From Dudresnaya verticillata (lineage: Eukaryota): a stretch of DNA of 64,000 nucleotides. The notes beneath the pieces are model-generated. The model had not been told where the DNA came from and ran no database searches. It saw nothing but the letters and a program-made list of their open reading frames with translations. Positions within the stretch are counted from its first letter, which is position 1; every line of letters begins with the position of its first letter. The stretch covers positions 2,356,001-2,420,000 of the forward strand of contig OZ374557.1 in the NCBI GenBank assembly GCA_977862235.1, given 5' to 3'. The position numbers and the translations under genes were made by a program. Shown one piece after another: positions 20,738 through 33,093 of this stretch.

Positions 20738-22737
20738 GTGGTCACCGCCGTCTCCTACCATCACCACCTCCTCTCTTTTCAAGCTCGAGACGACACAGAC
20801 GATGCCGTTAATCCCGGGCGATTCTTCCGCGGTACGCCGCGCGCGGTTGCGGAGGTAACCGCATTATCACGCCAGTCCCTGCCAGAATGGATAGTTGACG
20901 AGACCATTCTTAGAGCTCTGAACTTAATGCGTTACAATACAATACTATTGCTCTCCCACCCGTGTCTGCGTCTGACCCGATGGCTCCTCCCTCTTCCTCT
21001 CGGGGCTCCCATATCTACCGCCCATGTATGCCGCCGCTGTCTATGCCTCGCTCCTCGCTATCCTTATCTCCTACGTCATCCACGATGCCGTTCTGCTCCC
21101 CACGGCTCAGCTCCATTCTCGTCGCATTCCGCGAGTCATACTCGCTCTGCTCGTGGTCGGTTTCTTTGTCGTCGCAATGCACGCCGGCCAACCCCCTATC
21201 CGGTTTGCGCCATACATTCGTGCAACTCTGCCCTTGTTTCACTGAGGTTCCCTTCGTGAGTATACGATGGGAATCCTTTCCGTTGTAAGCCCTTTCATCG
21301 ATGTCGTGAGAGTCGTCGCTCTATTTGCGTTCTTCTTCAGTTGGCTCGTTACCATTCTGTTCCATGATGTTCCAGAGTTCGATCGCTACTTCGGCGACCT
21401 CACCTCTGGGCTCTACTAGTAGACAGCGGAGCTCCGCTTTCGCTTCGTTAACAACTGCGGATTGGCCGATGCAGATCATGGCTGTTTTGGATTTCTCGAG
21501 TGCAAGTGCGTTGATGTTCTTGGTGTTCATCGTCATTAGAGACTTTCTGTTTTTCAATGTCTTGCTCGCTGTTGTATACAACGCGTACACAGGCCATATC
21601 GAGGAATTTGTTATCGATAAGCTACAAGCGCGTAGGAATGGTATTGCAACCGTGGGTTAGCGTACGACATCTTGGGTGGTGACGATGGAAATTGCATGGT
21701 CCCAGATATCAAACTCCTGTTTGACTAACTTTGGAAGAACAACAAGCACAGCCACATGGATGATAAGCGAGTGGATCTGGTCTTTACAGCCCTGGGTGGC
21801 AATCAGGACAACAGCCTTAGTCGTAAGGAGTTTTCGGACGTAGTCGACGTGCTTCAACTCAAGCTCATCATTGCGCTCGAGAGAATCTATCCGATGGAAA
21901 TGTTTGCCCGGAACTATATGAAGCATCGTGGTGGCAGTCTATTGCTTCTTATGCGCGTCATAATGCCCATACATATCATATGTGCGTTGTCATGGCCGTC
22001 AATCTCATTGTCGTCGTGATTGAGACGACAATGGATCTGCGGAACAAGGACTCTCAAGGAATCCAGTTGGTTTTGTTGTTCTCGACTGTGGGTTCTCCGG
22101 TCTCTATATGTTGGAAATGGTTATGAGCGCTGCCAGTCTAGGTTTGATGTACGTCTTCGCGGCCGCTGGAGTTGAGCTACTTGGTGGTCTGATCTATACG
22201 TCGAATCCTGCACTGAGTCCTAAAACCAATCAAATCTTGGACGGGTATGTTGGCAACGACTACTGGCCACTCATCTTAACTTAACTAAACATACCGTTGA
22301 TTTACACAGTATGGGATCAGGATGGTAGACATTATTTTCTTCCGTCATCGTTGCATCTCTTACAGAAATTGCAGAAGCGCAGAAGCGATTGCATCAGCGT
22401 CGAGTTATGGGAACTGGACCAAGTGGTTCGTCTTGCTTACCTTTATCGTGCATTCACGTGTTGCTGTTAACAGCATGATTCTATATACAATTGGATATCC
22501 AACTACATGTTAGCTTTCTTTATGGACATCTTCGTGATGGAAGACGAGCAGGAAGATGACGACGTTCAACTGTTACAAAATCGCTACGGTTCTGAGCGAG
22601 TCAATGTCTTGCAAGCTAAGACAACGGTTGAGCAAATTTACGTCGCTACATTCCGGGAAAGAGGCCAAGAAATTTTCGATTCGGACTCTCCAGACGTAGA
22701 CCCATGGATGCTGCCGCATATGCCTTCCTACGCCTAG
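20738..22737 (+). pseudogene. TPC1: Two-pore channel (TPC1-like) pseudogene
   Basis: PIRFAPYIR (S4-like), AFASLTTADWP (pore 1), FFNVLLAVVYNAY (S6), EF-hand-like DNSLSRKEFSDVVDVL, AAGVELLGGLIY...NDYW, LAFFMDIF, in TPC order with many frameshifts. Confidence 0.85.
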
Positions 22738-23730
22738 AAATGATGTCTCTGTCCAACATGTAAGTGCTCGTTAAAATAGTTCATGATAAAGAGTGCAGCG
22801 GATGGAGTATGGACGCTAGTAGGGATAGCATCCGCATGCGGATGCATTCGTAGTGAGAACTAAACCGCTGTGGTGGACTTGCAAATCCAAAGATGAACTT
22901 TCCATTTCACGAAAGAGCTGCAGTGCAGCGTGGGTAGCTTTCTAAAAAGAGCTCCTTGTGATTACAAAGTCGAGATGATACGCGTCCGCACCATTTCAAG
23001 CTCACGATGGGACCGTCTATCTCGAGATGTGGCATGTATTCACTGTTTGGAAACGATAATGTTAAATCCCAATTGTAACCACAGGTGGCAACGCCAGACA
23101 TACTTCGATTTGGGCGACGCGGCAGCAGATGGAGGTTTCTTTCCTGGTGGGCTTCAGGTGTCATGTGAGTTGCTTGTCACAAGAATATGTTGAGCAGGCG
23201 TGTTGATGAGGAGGTTGAACCTCCTTCGTTTGGAAACCCTCACACTGAGCCCCGAGACGACATGAGCATCAAGGTTATTTCAGTCGAACACCGCAAGCTG
23301 ACGTTGCCCGTTCGTGACGTATAGACTCATTGCACACCTTTTGCTGTGCACGAAAGCACTGGCGCAATGCCTCAATCTCCTTTTATTACTAGTGAAGACA
23401 ATCGCATCCATTCTGCGATACCCCGAGTAGCTACTCGCTAGCACGCTACCGTTCTCATGTGGTCAGCCAAAATTTCATACTGTACCAATGCAGAAGAGAG
23501 ACCAGTGGTTCTGTTTCGCTTACTTCATTTGCATGCTGCAGGCATTGAAGGTGTTTATCTCACGACTGCTATTCTAAAAGTAATCCGATTTACCCAGCAA
23601 CGATGCTGCCTCATGACGCAGCGTGCACGCTCTGTTCCATAGCGTTACATGCTTTCACTCTAACTCTTTCCCATTTCTGCACCCAGAATATTGACACCCC
23701 TTTGACGCTTGTTTCGGCTTCACCTCCGTC

Positions 23731-26700
23731 TCACTCGAGGCTAGTTGCTTTCCATGTCATTTGCTCCTGGTCCCCCGCCTCTACAGAAGTACTAATTTCC
23801 GGATCGTCTCCTCTCTTTTGCATCTCTAGGGCTTCCCTGATCTTTCGCTGCACCGTGACGGGTATTCCAGAGTTGGTTAAACGCGCGAACTCCACTAAAA
23901 CCGACTTCCCCGGGACCGTATCGCTCCACGGTTTGACATGTCCATTTGCATCGGTTATTCTCGCCTTCCGATAACGCCCGGTGAAAGTATTCCCTCGAGT
24001 ACTCCTTCTATGGTACCACTCTACTTGAAAATTGGTAACCTTGCCCCCCCGCCCGTCTCCCAATTCATCACCTGCCCAAGCCAGAACGGGCATCCTTCGG
24101 TACAATCGTCGGCTAGTACGGCTACAAAGCTGTTCTTCGTGTAAGTGAGGTCCTGTTCCACTACATTCTCAGCATCTGACCCCGATTCCAAGGGTGCGCT
24201 AGGGCCGCTCCCATCCGGTTTGTAAGCCCCTTCCAACTCAAACACATCCGCCAATGCCCAGTGGAATGGGTCTTCACGGTCCTCGTAAACTCTATCACGA
24301 AGTGTCAATAGCTTCTGTAGCTTACTGTGATTGTTGATTCTGGTCTCGGCGGATCGTAGACGCTTGGTTACTTCGTGTTCATCTGGCGGTGCTCGACAGG
24401 GAGTCGGTGGAGTCCGGTGCAAGTTGGGGGAAATAACAAAAATCGCCCTGGCCATCTCGCGTATGTAACGGTTTCCAAGAGTCTTTGCAGCCCCTCTTCA
24501 CTTCGCAGAGAGTCGTGAACGTACCGGCGTCTGTGTCCTTAGCTCCTTCGGCACTGAACCTAAAGTATCGATATTCTGAAATGGGCCCGGTACGCCCGAG
24601 GCATCTGGTCTCTTTGCACAACCCGGAGAAATTAATAATGTGCAACATCTCCGTGACACGCGGTTGAGGAGTGTATGATTGCCGTAGTTCGTGCATGAGG
24701 TCGTCCATGATAATGGCGTCTCGAACGCGTAATCTCTTCGAAGTGCAGCTGAACACTTGATCGATATCGGCATGCGTGTGACCGATGGGGAGAAACGACG
24801 CATGCACTTCCGGAAATACACCCATAGCAACGAGATACTCCAAGTAGCCGAACATAAACCTGTTCATATTTTCCCTAGTACAGTTGTCGACCCGGAGGAA
24901 CAACGTACCCTTCAGTGGCATCCTGTCTCTGCGTGCTATCAATACGCCATGCAAAGCTTAGATGACATGGTTTGCGCCTGTTTCGAACTCGGCAGTCATC
25001 GTGAAAACGTTTAGATGTGGGACTTGGCCATGCTGTAAAACGCCGATTACTTTGGCCTTCATTCCGTGTCCGCGTGTGTCCTTCACCTTGATGTGGAAGT
25101 GTGACAGTCCAAATGCGTACTGGTCAGCACCGTCGATGATGAGTGAGCAATAGTTGTTCGGATACATCGAAGCCATCTCACACTTCTTCCGATATTCTGT
25201 TCGCTCCTGCATGACCATTCTCACGTGCCCTGCCCGCCGCTCGCGAAGCGCTTCGGTTCCCGCTAGATCCGTTGCCGCTTTTGCGAGAAGATCTTTTATC
25301 TCCTCGCACTCGGAGCATTTTGCAAACCGGTGAGTTCGCCTGACCTTAATTTGCGGACAGCTGCGGAGCCAGATACTATAAAAGTAGCTCTGTGATGGTG
25401 TTGCTCTGTTAGGGTACAGAGTGCGGTGCTCAGTCACAAACGTGTTATAGACTGCGAGCTTCTCATAAAAGGGGATGTGGATTTCAGCCTTGTCTGGTTG
25501 CGAATCACCAGACATTTCTGCGAGGCGCTCCAAGAACGACGTTATCACCTCCATCTGTTCCGTAGACGTACCACCAACTATCAGCCCCCTCCCTTTTCTT
25601 TCGCGGCTTTTGTTTGTTCCTTTCACTGCCGATTCCAGATCTCTAGAGAAACCGAAAGCCTTGTCGAGAAATGAGTAACAAACCGGCCGTCCGCTGAAGA
25701 AGTACATGTTGGAGTTGGGTTCCAGTAGTCCCGTGAGGTATCGCTTCCTTTCCGCGCGATTCTTGTCCATCATTTTGCGTGACTCAACCCTGATGTAGAC
25801 TGACTCGATGGTTCCGAAGCATTGTTTCGTTTGGCAGCAGAAAATGTTTGAGATATCCTGCATCTCCATCACCTCCACTACCTTTCTCCTCTTCACAGCC
25901 ATCAAATGCCCCGATGGGGTTCCTTTCGGACGAGGATCATGTCTATAATCCCTCTTCTGGCTCGTCCTAGCACTAGCCTGGCCGTCTCCACGCCCTTCTA
26001 CTGCCATCTCCTCCCCTTCGGAGGGGTGCCGTTCCGGCGTGTCGGAATCAGCATCCTCCCCATCGTCTGCAGTCCCGACGTCAGGATTCTCTTCTTCAGA
26101 AGCGTGATCACGACCTCCCGCACATTCTTCTGCTGTAGTGTCGACGGGATTATTGTCTTATTGTGCGCCGTTCCCGGAATCTCCTTTCTCCCGTTCAGCT
26201 TCGGCTGGTTTTGGAGCCGCGTCATTACTTCCCAGTTTTGATAATCCAGCTTCCGTGTTTTCTATGCCCTCTAATTGGTACGGCCGCGGGCACATACGGG
26301 CGGGACGCTCCAGAGTATAAACCAACGCGGTCTGAGCAACTGCAGCAGAAGGGGGTGTCGAAGGCTCACCTACTATTGCAGCCGGGGGTGTAGACGGAAC
26401 ACGTGGTGTTGCTGGCGGTGTAGTAGTGCGGTCATTACCTTCTTGGTGTGGCTGAGCGCTGGGATCAGACTGACCGGTACGGGTGATTTTTTTCGTCACT
26501 GTCCGCTTATGAGCAAGTCCCTGACCCCCCTACGGCCTGACCGCCTAGTTGACGTCCTGGTACGAACAGTGTGCCTCCCACTCGGTTTCTCCATCTCTAT
26601 CCGAGGGCAAGCTTCCCCGGTCGCCACGCCGGCTTCTCCAGCACCGCTTGTAGGTTGCGGCTTCACAGTGCGGCTTGTTCCTTGTCCCATACATGAATAC

Positions 26701-27175
26701 CCACATTTAGACCAGCTAGAGTGGTGGGGGGAGATTCTATACCGGGATACTTATACATGTACCTCTTGTCCCCATATACATTCCGAATACGGGCATTATA
26801 GATGACTATCCATGTCTCCTTCTTCCGCTGCACCTCTCTTAACCACGTTCCATGCATCTTAACTTTGAATGAACCTGTACTGTCTGCCTCTTCCGGAGAC
26901 GCCGGAGTCATTGGATCAGCCGTACCCACCTCCTCTCCGTTCAGCAACAGCACTACGTTCTTCGACGCGGACATGATTTGCGTGCCAGGGCTGGTTACTG
27001 CGGGCGCGCTTCCGCCCCCCTGTTTGCGAATGGGTTCTTCCGCGGCCGTCTCCGCCGTCGCCGTACCGATAGTCTTGGCCGAGGAATTGTTCCCTCCCAT
27101 CACGGAGACGGCATGTCGGTCGGCAGTGACCGGCCTTTGACGCAAAGCAGTGCGACGTTCTCTTGTGCGAGGCAT
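23731..27175 (-). pseudogene. DDD transposase, Sola/DUF7869-like (~1150 codons; stops and frameshifts)
   Basis: FAKCSEC (CxxC), CSLIIDGADQ (D1), LFLRVDNCTRENMN (D2), SFLPIGHTHADIDQVFS (H...D3). ORFs 26158-26499, 24958-26007 and 24379-24954 share one frame broken by TAA codons; flanking pieces are frameshifted. Confidence 0.85.
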
Positions 27176-28088
27176 TTTGTACCACGATAGCAGTAAGGGC
27201 CTCGTCTCGCTGGGATCAGTGCCGTCAATAGCGCTTTTGAGTACGCGTCGCACGATCGTGAGAAAAGAAAGGGTGGGGGGTCAAAAGCGGCCTTTGGTGG
27301 CGGTCAGCGCAGTGCGGTGGAACAAGAATATCGGGAAGAGAACGCAGTGGGCGCCGGAGTGGTGTCACGTGCTGAAACCTCGCCAGATAACCTCCTATGC
27401 TGTTCTGTGTGCATATGCGAAACGGAATCACCAGTGAGTGAGCAACGGTCTACCTATCGTTAGGCATCTGACCCACTCAAAGGAGGCGTTTCTTCGTCCC
27501 CTAATTACAATATTGTCTGGTCCCCCGGAATGCTTTCGGAACATGTGTGGGCTGCAGGCAGTCGGTCACCGATTTATGGCAAGTATTCTGCTCGTGATGT
27601 GGAATCAGAACGACTGGTGATATTATGCGCTGTCCATGTGCACCGTGCACGGTTCACCACGATTCGGACCTTGTACTAGTATTACCGGTGTATTTTAATA
27701 CATAGCTATAGCGAAAGCATCATCTGAGTGCCGGGTTCCATACCCTTGAATTGGAATCACAGCGATGAGTGACTCGGGATCCCTGCACCACCCGCACTTC
27801 CGGGTGGGAGTCTCAGAATCGGCAGCGAATGGGAGAGCTCTATTATTGTCCAACAATACCCTGGGGCACCTGAGTTCTGACTTGTAGACCAGGAGACCTC
27901 GAGCGCTTGCATCACTCACGTTCACTGCTGTGCTACACAATACATAACGAGAATGCTGCACATAACAGGCTCGAAGTCTTCACATCGCGAGCAAAGCTGA
28001 CTGCGTGATCTGGGGGTGCATTTGGGACTCCTCTACTACAGCTTGCCTAACGTTTATTACAAGCGCGGGACTAGAGGCTGTTTCTGTT

Positions 28089-30340
28089 TCATTTCTGTGC
28101 TGCTGTATTCATATTCGCCAGTTCCGTGTCCCCTGCGCTAGGTGCATCCACCATCGCGTCCATGCGAATGATCTTAGAAGCCACCCTGCGCCTAGCCGCA
28201 TCTTCCTCCTCTGGGACCGCCCCAGCGAACTGCCGCTTGTCCTCGGGTCGCACCGGGAACGGCCAGAATACGGGCGTGTATGTCATCCCGTGATTTCTTA
28301 CGCACCATGCCCGCATTGCAAGCATGTAGCTCGCCTTGCGGTGATATGCAAAACCGGCCGTCTCACCTGTCCATGGCCGCTGTTCCACTGCGTTGGGTTC
28401 GATAATCATCTCTCCGTGTGGAGTCAGCACCACCTTCTTCCCGACATGAGTGTACCCCACGTTTGGTAAATTGGCAACCATGTCTGGATCCACAACTATG
28501 CGCCAGTGCAGAGGCACCACTTCTTTGTACACTCCTGCAAAGTCGTGATTCCCGACTCGAGGTGATCCAGACGTGGACACGAAAATTTCACGTCGGCTCA
28601 CATCCAACTTCACCCATAGATCCAGGCTGCAGATTGTTCCGAGTGCACCTCCTAGACTGTATCCGGTCAAGAATATAGGTCTTTACCTTCTTGCTCTTAA
28701 TTGCCGCACCACTTCCATCACTTCATCTGCAACACTCTTATAGGCAATCGCAAATCGCTTGTGAATCTTACCGTGTAGATATCTTCTGCCGAATAATCGC
28801 TTCAATCGAGTCGTCTCATCTTCACCATAGACACTTGACTTCACCACGTTACGAATATATTCATGGCTCATCCGTAATGATGTATTCGAGTTTCGCATTG
28901 ACGTTGTTCCCTTTAACGTCTCAATGACCCTGTCACTGCAATCAACAACACGTGCTTGAGTATCTGTTGCCTCGCTTCTCACAGCAGCAACGATCTCATA
29001 TTCAAATGGCAACGGGTTTTCTCTAGGAATGAAGCCGTCAAACTTTGCAGTCCCATAATAATAGACATACCCATGCAAAGTTGAACATAATGACGTTCGT
29101 CTGCATCGTAAAGCAGTTTGCTTTCAGCTCAAGACTGTCCTTCGACTCTCTCTTTCTGTACGTAATCGGTTCAACGATTTGTTGTTCCAATTCGTCATCA
29201 TTGTCAACAACAGAGCGGGGGGTTTCTTCATCATTGGCCCATGTGACGTCTTTTTCAGGCAACGGGTACTTGAGGCCGTTCATCGAAGCTTGCTGACTCG
29301 ATGATGAGTCTGAAATGCTGAATGACCATCGAGACCCAGATTCGCCCAGTTCTACGCTTCTGAAAAAACGCTTTCACACCCCCGGTACAATTATGGGGCA
29401 GATTAACATAAGTAGTCACAATGACATAACCCAGCACCAAAAGCCCCGGGCTGTGCGTATAAATCCATGTCAAATCTGCCCTCGCCATGTTGAAGCCAAT
29501 AACCAGAAGAATGATACTTTCACCTTTCGGTCTGCTGAACAGCAGACGAGTGTTCAGACCAATAAACAAAGGGTAGAAAACAAATTTGGTATACAAGAAA
29601 AACCTGAATCCAACCCGTTTGCACCGATGCTTCATGTATGGTGCCTTCTCCAACACATTGGTTGTCTTCCATGCCTCATACCCAATAATTGCGATGAACA
29701 GCAATTCAATGACTGAAAACGGGATACAGAGGAGGAGCTCTACCTTCAAATGGCTCCACACGTGATACGCGCTGAAGTAGAACGAGAAAGCAGCAGCTGA
29801 GAGCATAGACACTTCAGACAGGGTCATGTCCAACACGTACACAATCACAAACTTGGAGACAACGTACGGGATAAGCACGAGCAACTTTGGGATATAGAAG
29901 CCCCAGCCCAATCTCTTAGTGGCCTCCAGAATGCGGTAAGAGTGCAGGCTTGCCCAAAGGTAGAAGGAAGAGAATCCCGCAAAGGCCACATCACGCAACA
30001 CATCACTGGCCACATCCCAATTGTTATACCAATCCGGGAAGGTACTGTAATTCAATGTCCTTTCGCCACCATTTGTTTCTATGAAACGGTTGATGGCATG
30101 AAGAGGGTTGAAGTAGAGTAATGCCATAACATCGAGGAAGAAGACCCAAACCTGCTCATGCGTGATATTTCTGCGCCCTTGTCTCAACAACCGTATTACA
30201 TAGAGGATAGTGAGCGTTAAGAAGAACATACCCGTGAGCAATGTCATTCCTTGAGAGAAATGTTGATACCTCGCAGAGGGCAGGGCGAAAGATATGTTCA
30301 AACTGTACGCATAGAAAAACTTGCCCGGGGGAACGGTGGT
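28089..30340 (-). pseudogene. Class-3 lipase with multi-pass transmembrane N-terminus, pseudogene
   Basis: TGYSLGGALGTI (GxSxG), SGSPRVGNHDF, WRIVVDPDMVANLP, YTHVGK; upstream TLKGTTS and IHKRF; hydrophobic ORF 29255-30301. Ends approximate. Confidence 0.85.
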
Positions 30341-30369
30341 CGTTCCGGAACTCCTTCACCGCCACCACC

Positions 30370-31517
30370 TTCACCAATGATTGCCTAACGCAGAATGTTG
30401 AATCTGCCGTGGCAAACAGCGACTCCCCAGGTGAAACCAAGGCCCTTGGAGACGCGTTCATCGTCGCAACGGGTCTGGCGGTTGATTCCGACGGCCTAGG
30501 GTCGCTTGAAGGCTGTATGCAGGAGCTTCTGCTCTGGGTCAAGAAGGAGTGCTCTATGGACAATGATCTTGTGGACAAGATTTGCAAACGGCTCTGCTCA
30601 GGCGTCTCCAGCGGTAATTTCAGACTGCGTTGCATGGCTTTGATTTACAACAGAGTTACTCTGTCAACGAAGAGCACGTGCAAAAGCGGTGCTCGCTCCT
30701 TGGAGCTACAATTTCCTTGGCGGTCAGTGTTGGGCTAATGCCGAAGACTGTCGACACCATTCTGCCGAAAATCGATACTTTCTCACGCCAGTTGCAGGTT
30801 GGTGTCCCAGAGAAGCGCAAATATGTATCGGGTGTGATATGAGGCTCTCAAGTTGGCAGACATGGCTAAGGACGCATTTTCTTTCAACATTAAGCAGCTT
30901 GGTTTGTATTGCAGTGATACGGATGAAGATTATCGGCCCGTTGAAGATGCTGATGTAGATGTAATTGTCCAGGCTGTTCTACTCCCGAAGTTGTATCGAT
31001 TTGACACCTTGCTTGAACTAGATTCAGTTAAGCGATTCGGAGCGCAGGACGGCGACCAAAACTATTGTTCGAGCTCATTATCATCTTTGTCCGCGACGAT
31101 CTTGCTGTTTTCACGGAGTTCAGAAGCAGGAATGATGCTCTTCTTGCAAAGTACGAGATTGACGTGGTGATTGCGGAAAACAAGATGAGCCTGCTCACAT
31201 TTGCTTCACTTGGAATAGACTGTCAGGATCTCGCATACAGTATGACTGCGACTGCTCTGCAAATTTCCGAGGGCGAGGTCGAGGATTGGGTTACCTGTGC
31301 GATCAGCTCAGGTCTGGAGGATGCGATGATTAAGCAGCTGAATTCGTCGGTCGCGATTTATCGATCAACGCAGCGTATGTTTACGCGAGAAGAGTGGCAG
31401 CCGCTGCCTGAGCGCATCAACATTTGGAAGACTAATATCGGAGATCTACTTGCACAGCTGAGGAACACCCGACCAGCATCCACTATAGCGGGTTTTGGCA
31501 GGAACAAAGGGTTGTAA
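30370..31517 (+). pseudogene. EIF3M: Translation initiation factor 3 subunit M pseudogene (5'-truncated, frameshifted)
   Basis: LVDKICKRL...FRLRCMALIYN; AVLLPKLYRFDTLLELDSVK; PCI domain KMSLLTFASL...EVEDWVTCAISSGL...STQRMFTREEWQPL...WKTNI. Confidence 0.85.
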
Positions 31518-31623
31518 ATTCGGTAGTTGATGTGCCGGCAAGACGTTCTGAGCATATGTGCACCACCTCATTTATTGTTCTAGCGGCTGCGATTACGCTG
31601 CATTGACCGCGAGAAGTTTGCTA

Positions 31624-32385
31624 TTATGAGTAGTGCTTACCGCATGTTCCCATGCGATGTACAGCTCTTGAAGCTTGCAAGGTATCGAGTGCATTTATAC
31701 CCTCCTTCAGCATCTTGTCCCACCAAGACCAGGTCAAACCCTCAACAATGTGGTAGAACCAAGGCGTAAGACGAAGAGTCGAGGAGATCTGCGCCTCCTT
31801 GAAAAGCCCCTTCAATTCTTCTCGAGTAACATAGCGTACTGCTCGTACGTCGTTTGGTTCAGGAGCAATATCGCTATAGCGCTACGTCCTTCACGCCCAT
31901 GAACACGTAATAAATCTCATGCTCACCCCACACCCCTCCGTCATTTTCACTACGGTAATGAATGCGAGTCATGTATTGCAGGTCGTCCATACCGACCTCT
32001 CCCCCTTTGTCACCGAGCTAGCTCATGAGACAGCTTGCGAATGGCAACACGCATGACCCCTCCAAGCGCATCTCCACTGTCCTGCCGACCAAGCTCAGCA
32101 GGCGTGTGGAGCGGATGAGCGCATACGGTTTTCGTCCAGAACGACAGGAAGGTGATTTTCTTCGCTGCACGTTATTGGAGAAGCATGCGCCCCTTGGTAT
32201 CGAACAAAATCACCGAGAAAGCACGATGCAGCGGCAGGTTTTTTGAAACCATGGTGTGTGTGCACCTGCAGATGGGACTCCTTCTTCGACATGCTACCAA
32301 CAACTCTGTCCTGTAGATCAGTGAGGACGACCACCTCTGACATTAGCCGAACTTGCTCTGGGTCCGACCCTGTCAACGCGTGCAC
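31624..32385 (-). pseudogene. IDI1: Type I isopentenyl-diphosphate isomerase pseudogene
   Basis: DPEQVRLMSEVVVLTD..DRVVGSMSKKESHL; LHRAFSVILFDTKGRMLLQ*RAAKKITF..FWTKTVCAHPL; AIRKLSHEL; LRLTPWF...WWDKM. Confidence 0.92.
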
Positions 32386-32790
32386 AAACCCCGTCGTGCT
32401 TCCTGCAAATCGTCGGCTTGTTCAGGAAGGATTCAGTTGATGATTGAAGTGGTTACAGCGATCGCTCGAAGCAGCGTCATGCGAGAGTCATGTGTCGCCT
32501 ATTACTGCTGCATTGGCGAAGCTAACGCGCGAACGAGTGGATGTCGACCTCAGTCAATGTGCGAGGCTGTCTTGTAGGACTTGCAGTCCTGAATTAGGTG
32601 GTTACTGTTTCTTTGACGTGCACTACATCAACTACATCAGCCCTGCAGGTAATTGCGTAACTTCATAACACAAAACCTGAGAGTTACATCTCTATCGAGA
32701 TCATTTTCAGGGCCGCTACCAACATGGAGTGACATGCGTCTGAACAAAAGGAAGCTGACCGAGGCCGGGGGTCGGCGATACACAGCCAGA

Positions 32791-33060
32791 ATGCTACCGA
32801 CCGACCCAGCCCCGCTGGTGCTGGTTGAAGAGGTCCGTGCCCTGTGCGCTGAGGTGCACGAGGCTCGCGCGCTGGCTGCGGAGGAGCTGGACACAACTGT
32901 CTGGCTCCGGGTCCAGATGATGGGGTGGGCTCAAAACATGATTGAGAGGGCTGGCCTGGTTGGAGAGGGGGTGATGCGAGGGGCTGTAGCGGTGATGGCT
33001 CTTTTAGGGTGGGAAGTGCCGGAGGAGTGGACGGTGGAGGACCCTGGTTCAGATGTGTAA
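32791..33060 (+). CDS. Small helical protein next to the right inverted repeat (89 aa)
   Basis: DPAPLVLVEEVRALCAEVHEAR resembles DPARLLSELRALRGEVEGLR of the 17393 ORF. Confidence 0.45.
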   Translation: MLPTDPAPLVLVEEVRALCAEVHEARALAAEELDTTVWLRVQMMGWAQNMIERAGLVGEGVMRGAVAVMALLGWEVPEEWTVEDPGSDV

Positions 33061-33093
33061 GTAGCAAGAACAGTAAAGGGGTTAGTTGATAAT

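Larger units (their letters stand above)
2871..29136 (+). repeat. Segmental tandem duplication, copy 1 (visible part)
   Basis: Near-identical to 37747-64000 at offsets 34876/34874/34875/34864; identity begins abruptly at cgcaattacactgc (2871/37747). Confidence 0.97.

Noticed and set aside
22800..23700. Possible additional captured gene between TPC1 and the transposase
   Set aside because: Only short frames with no recognisable motif.
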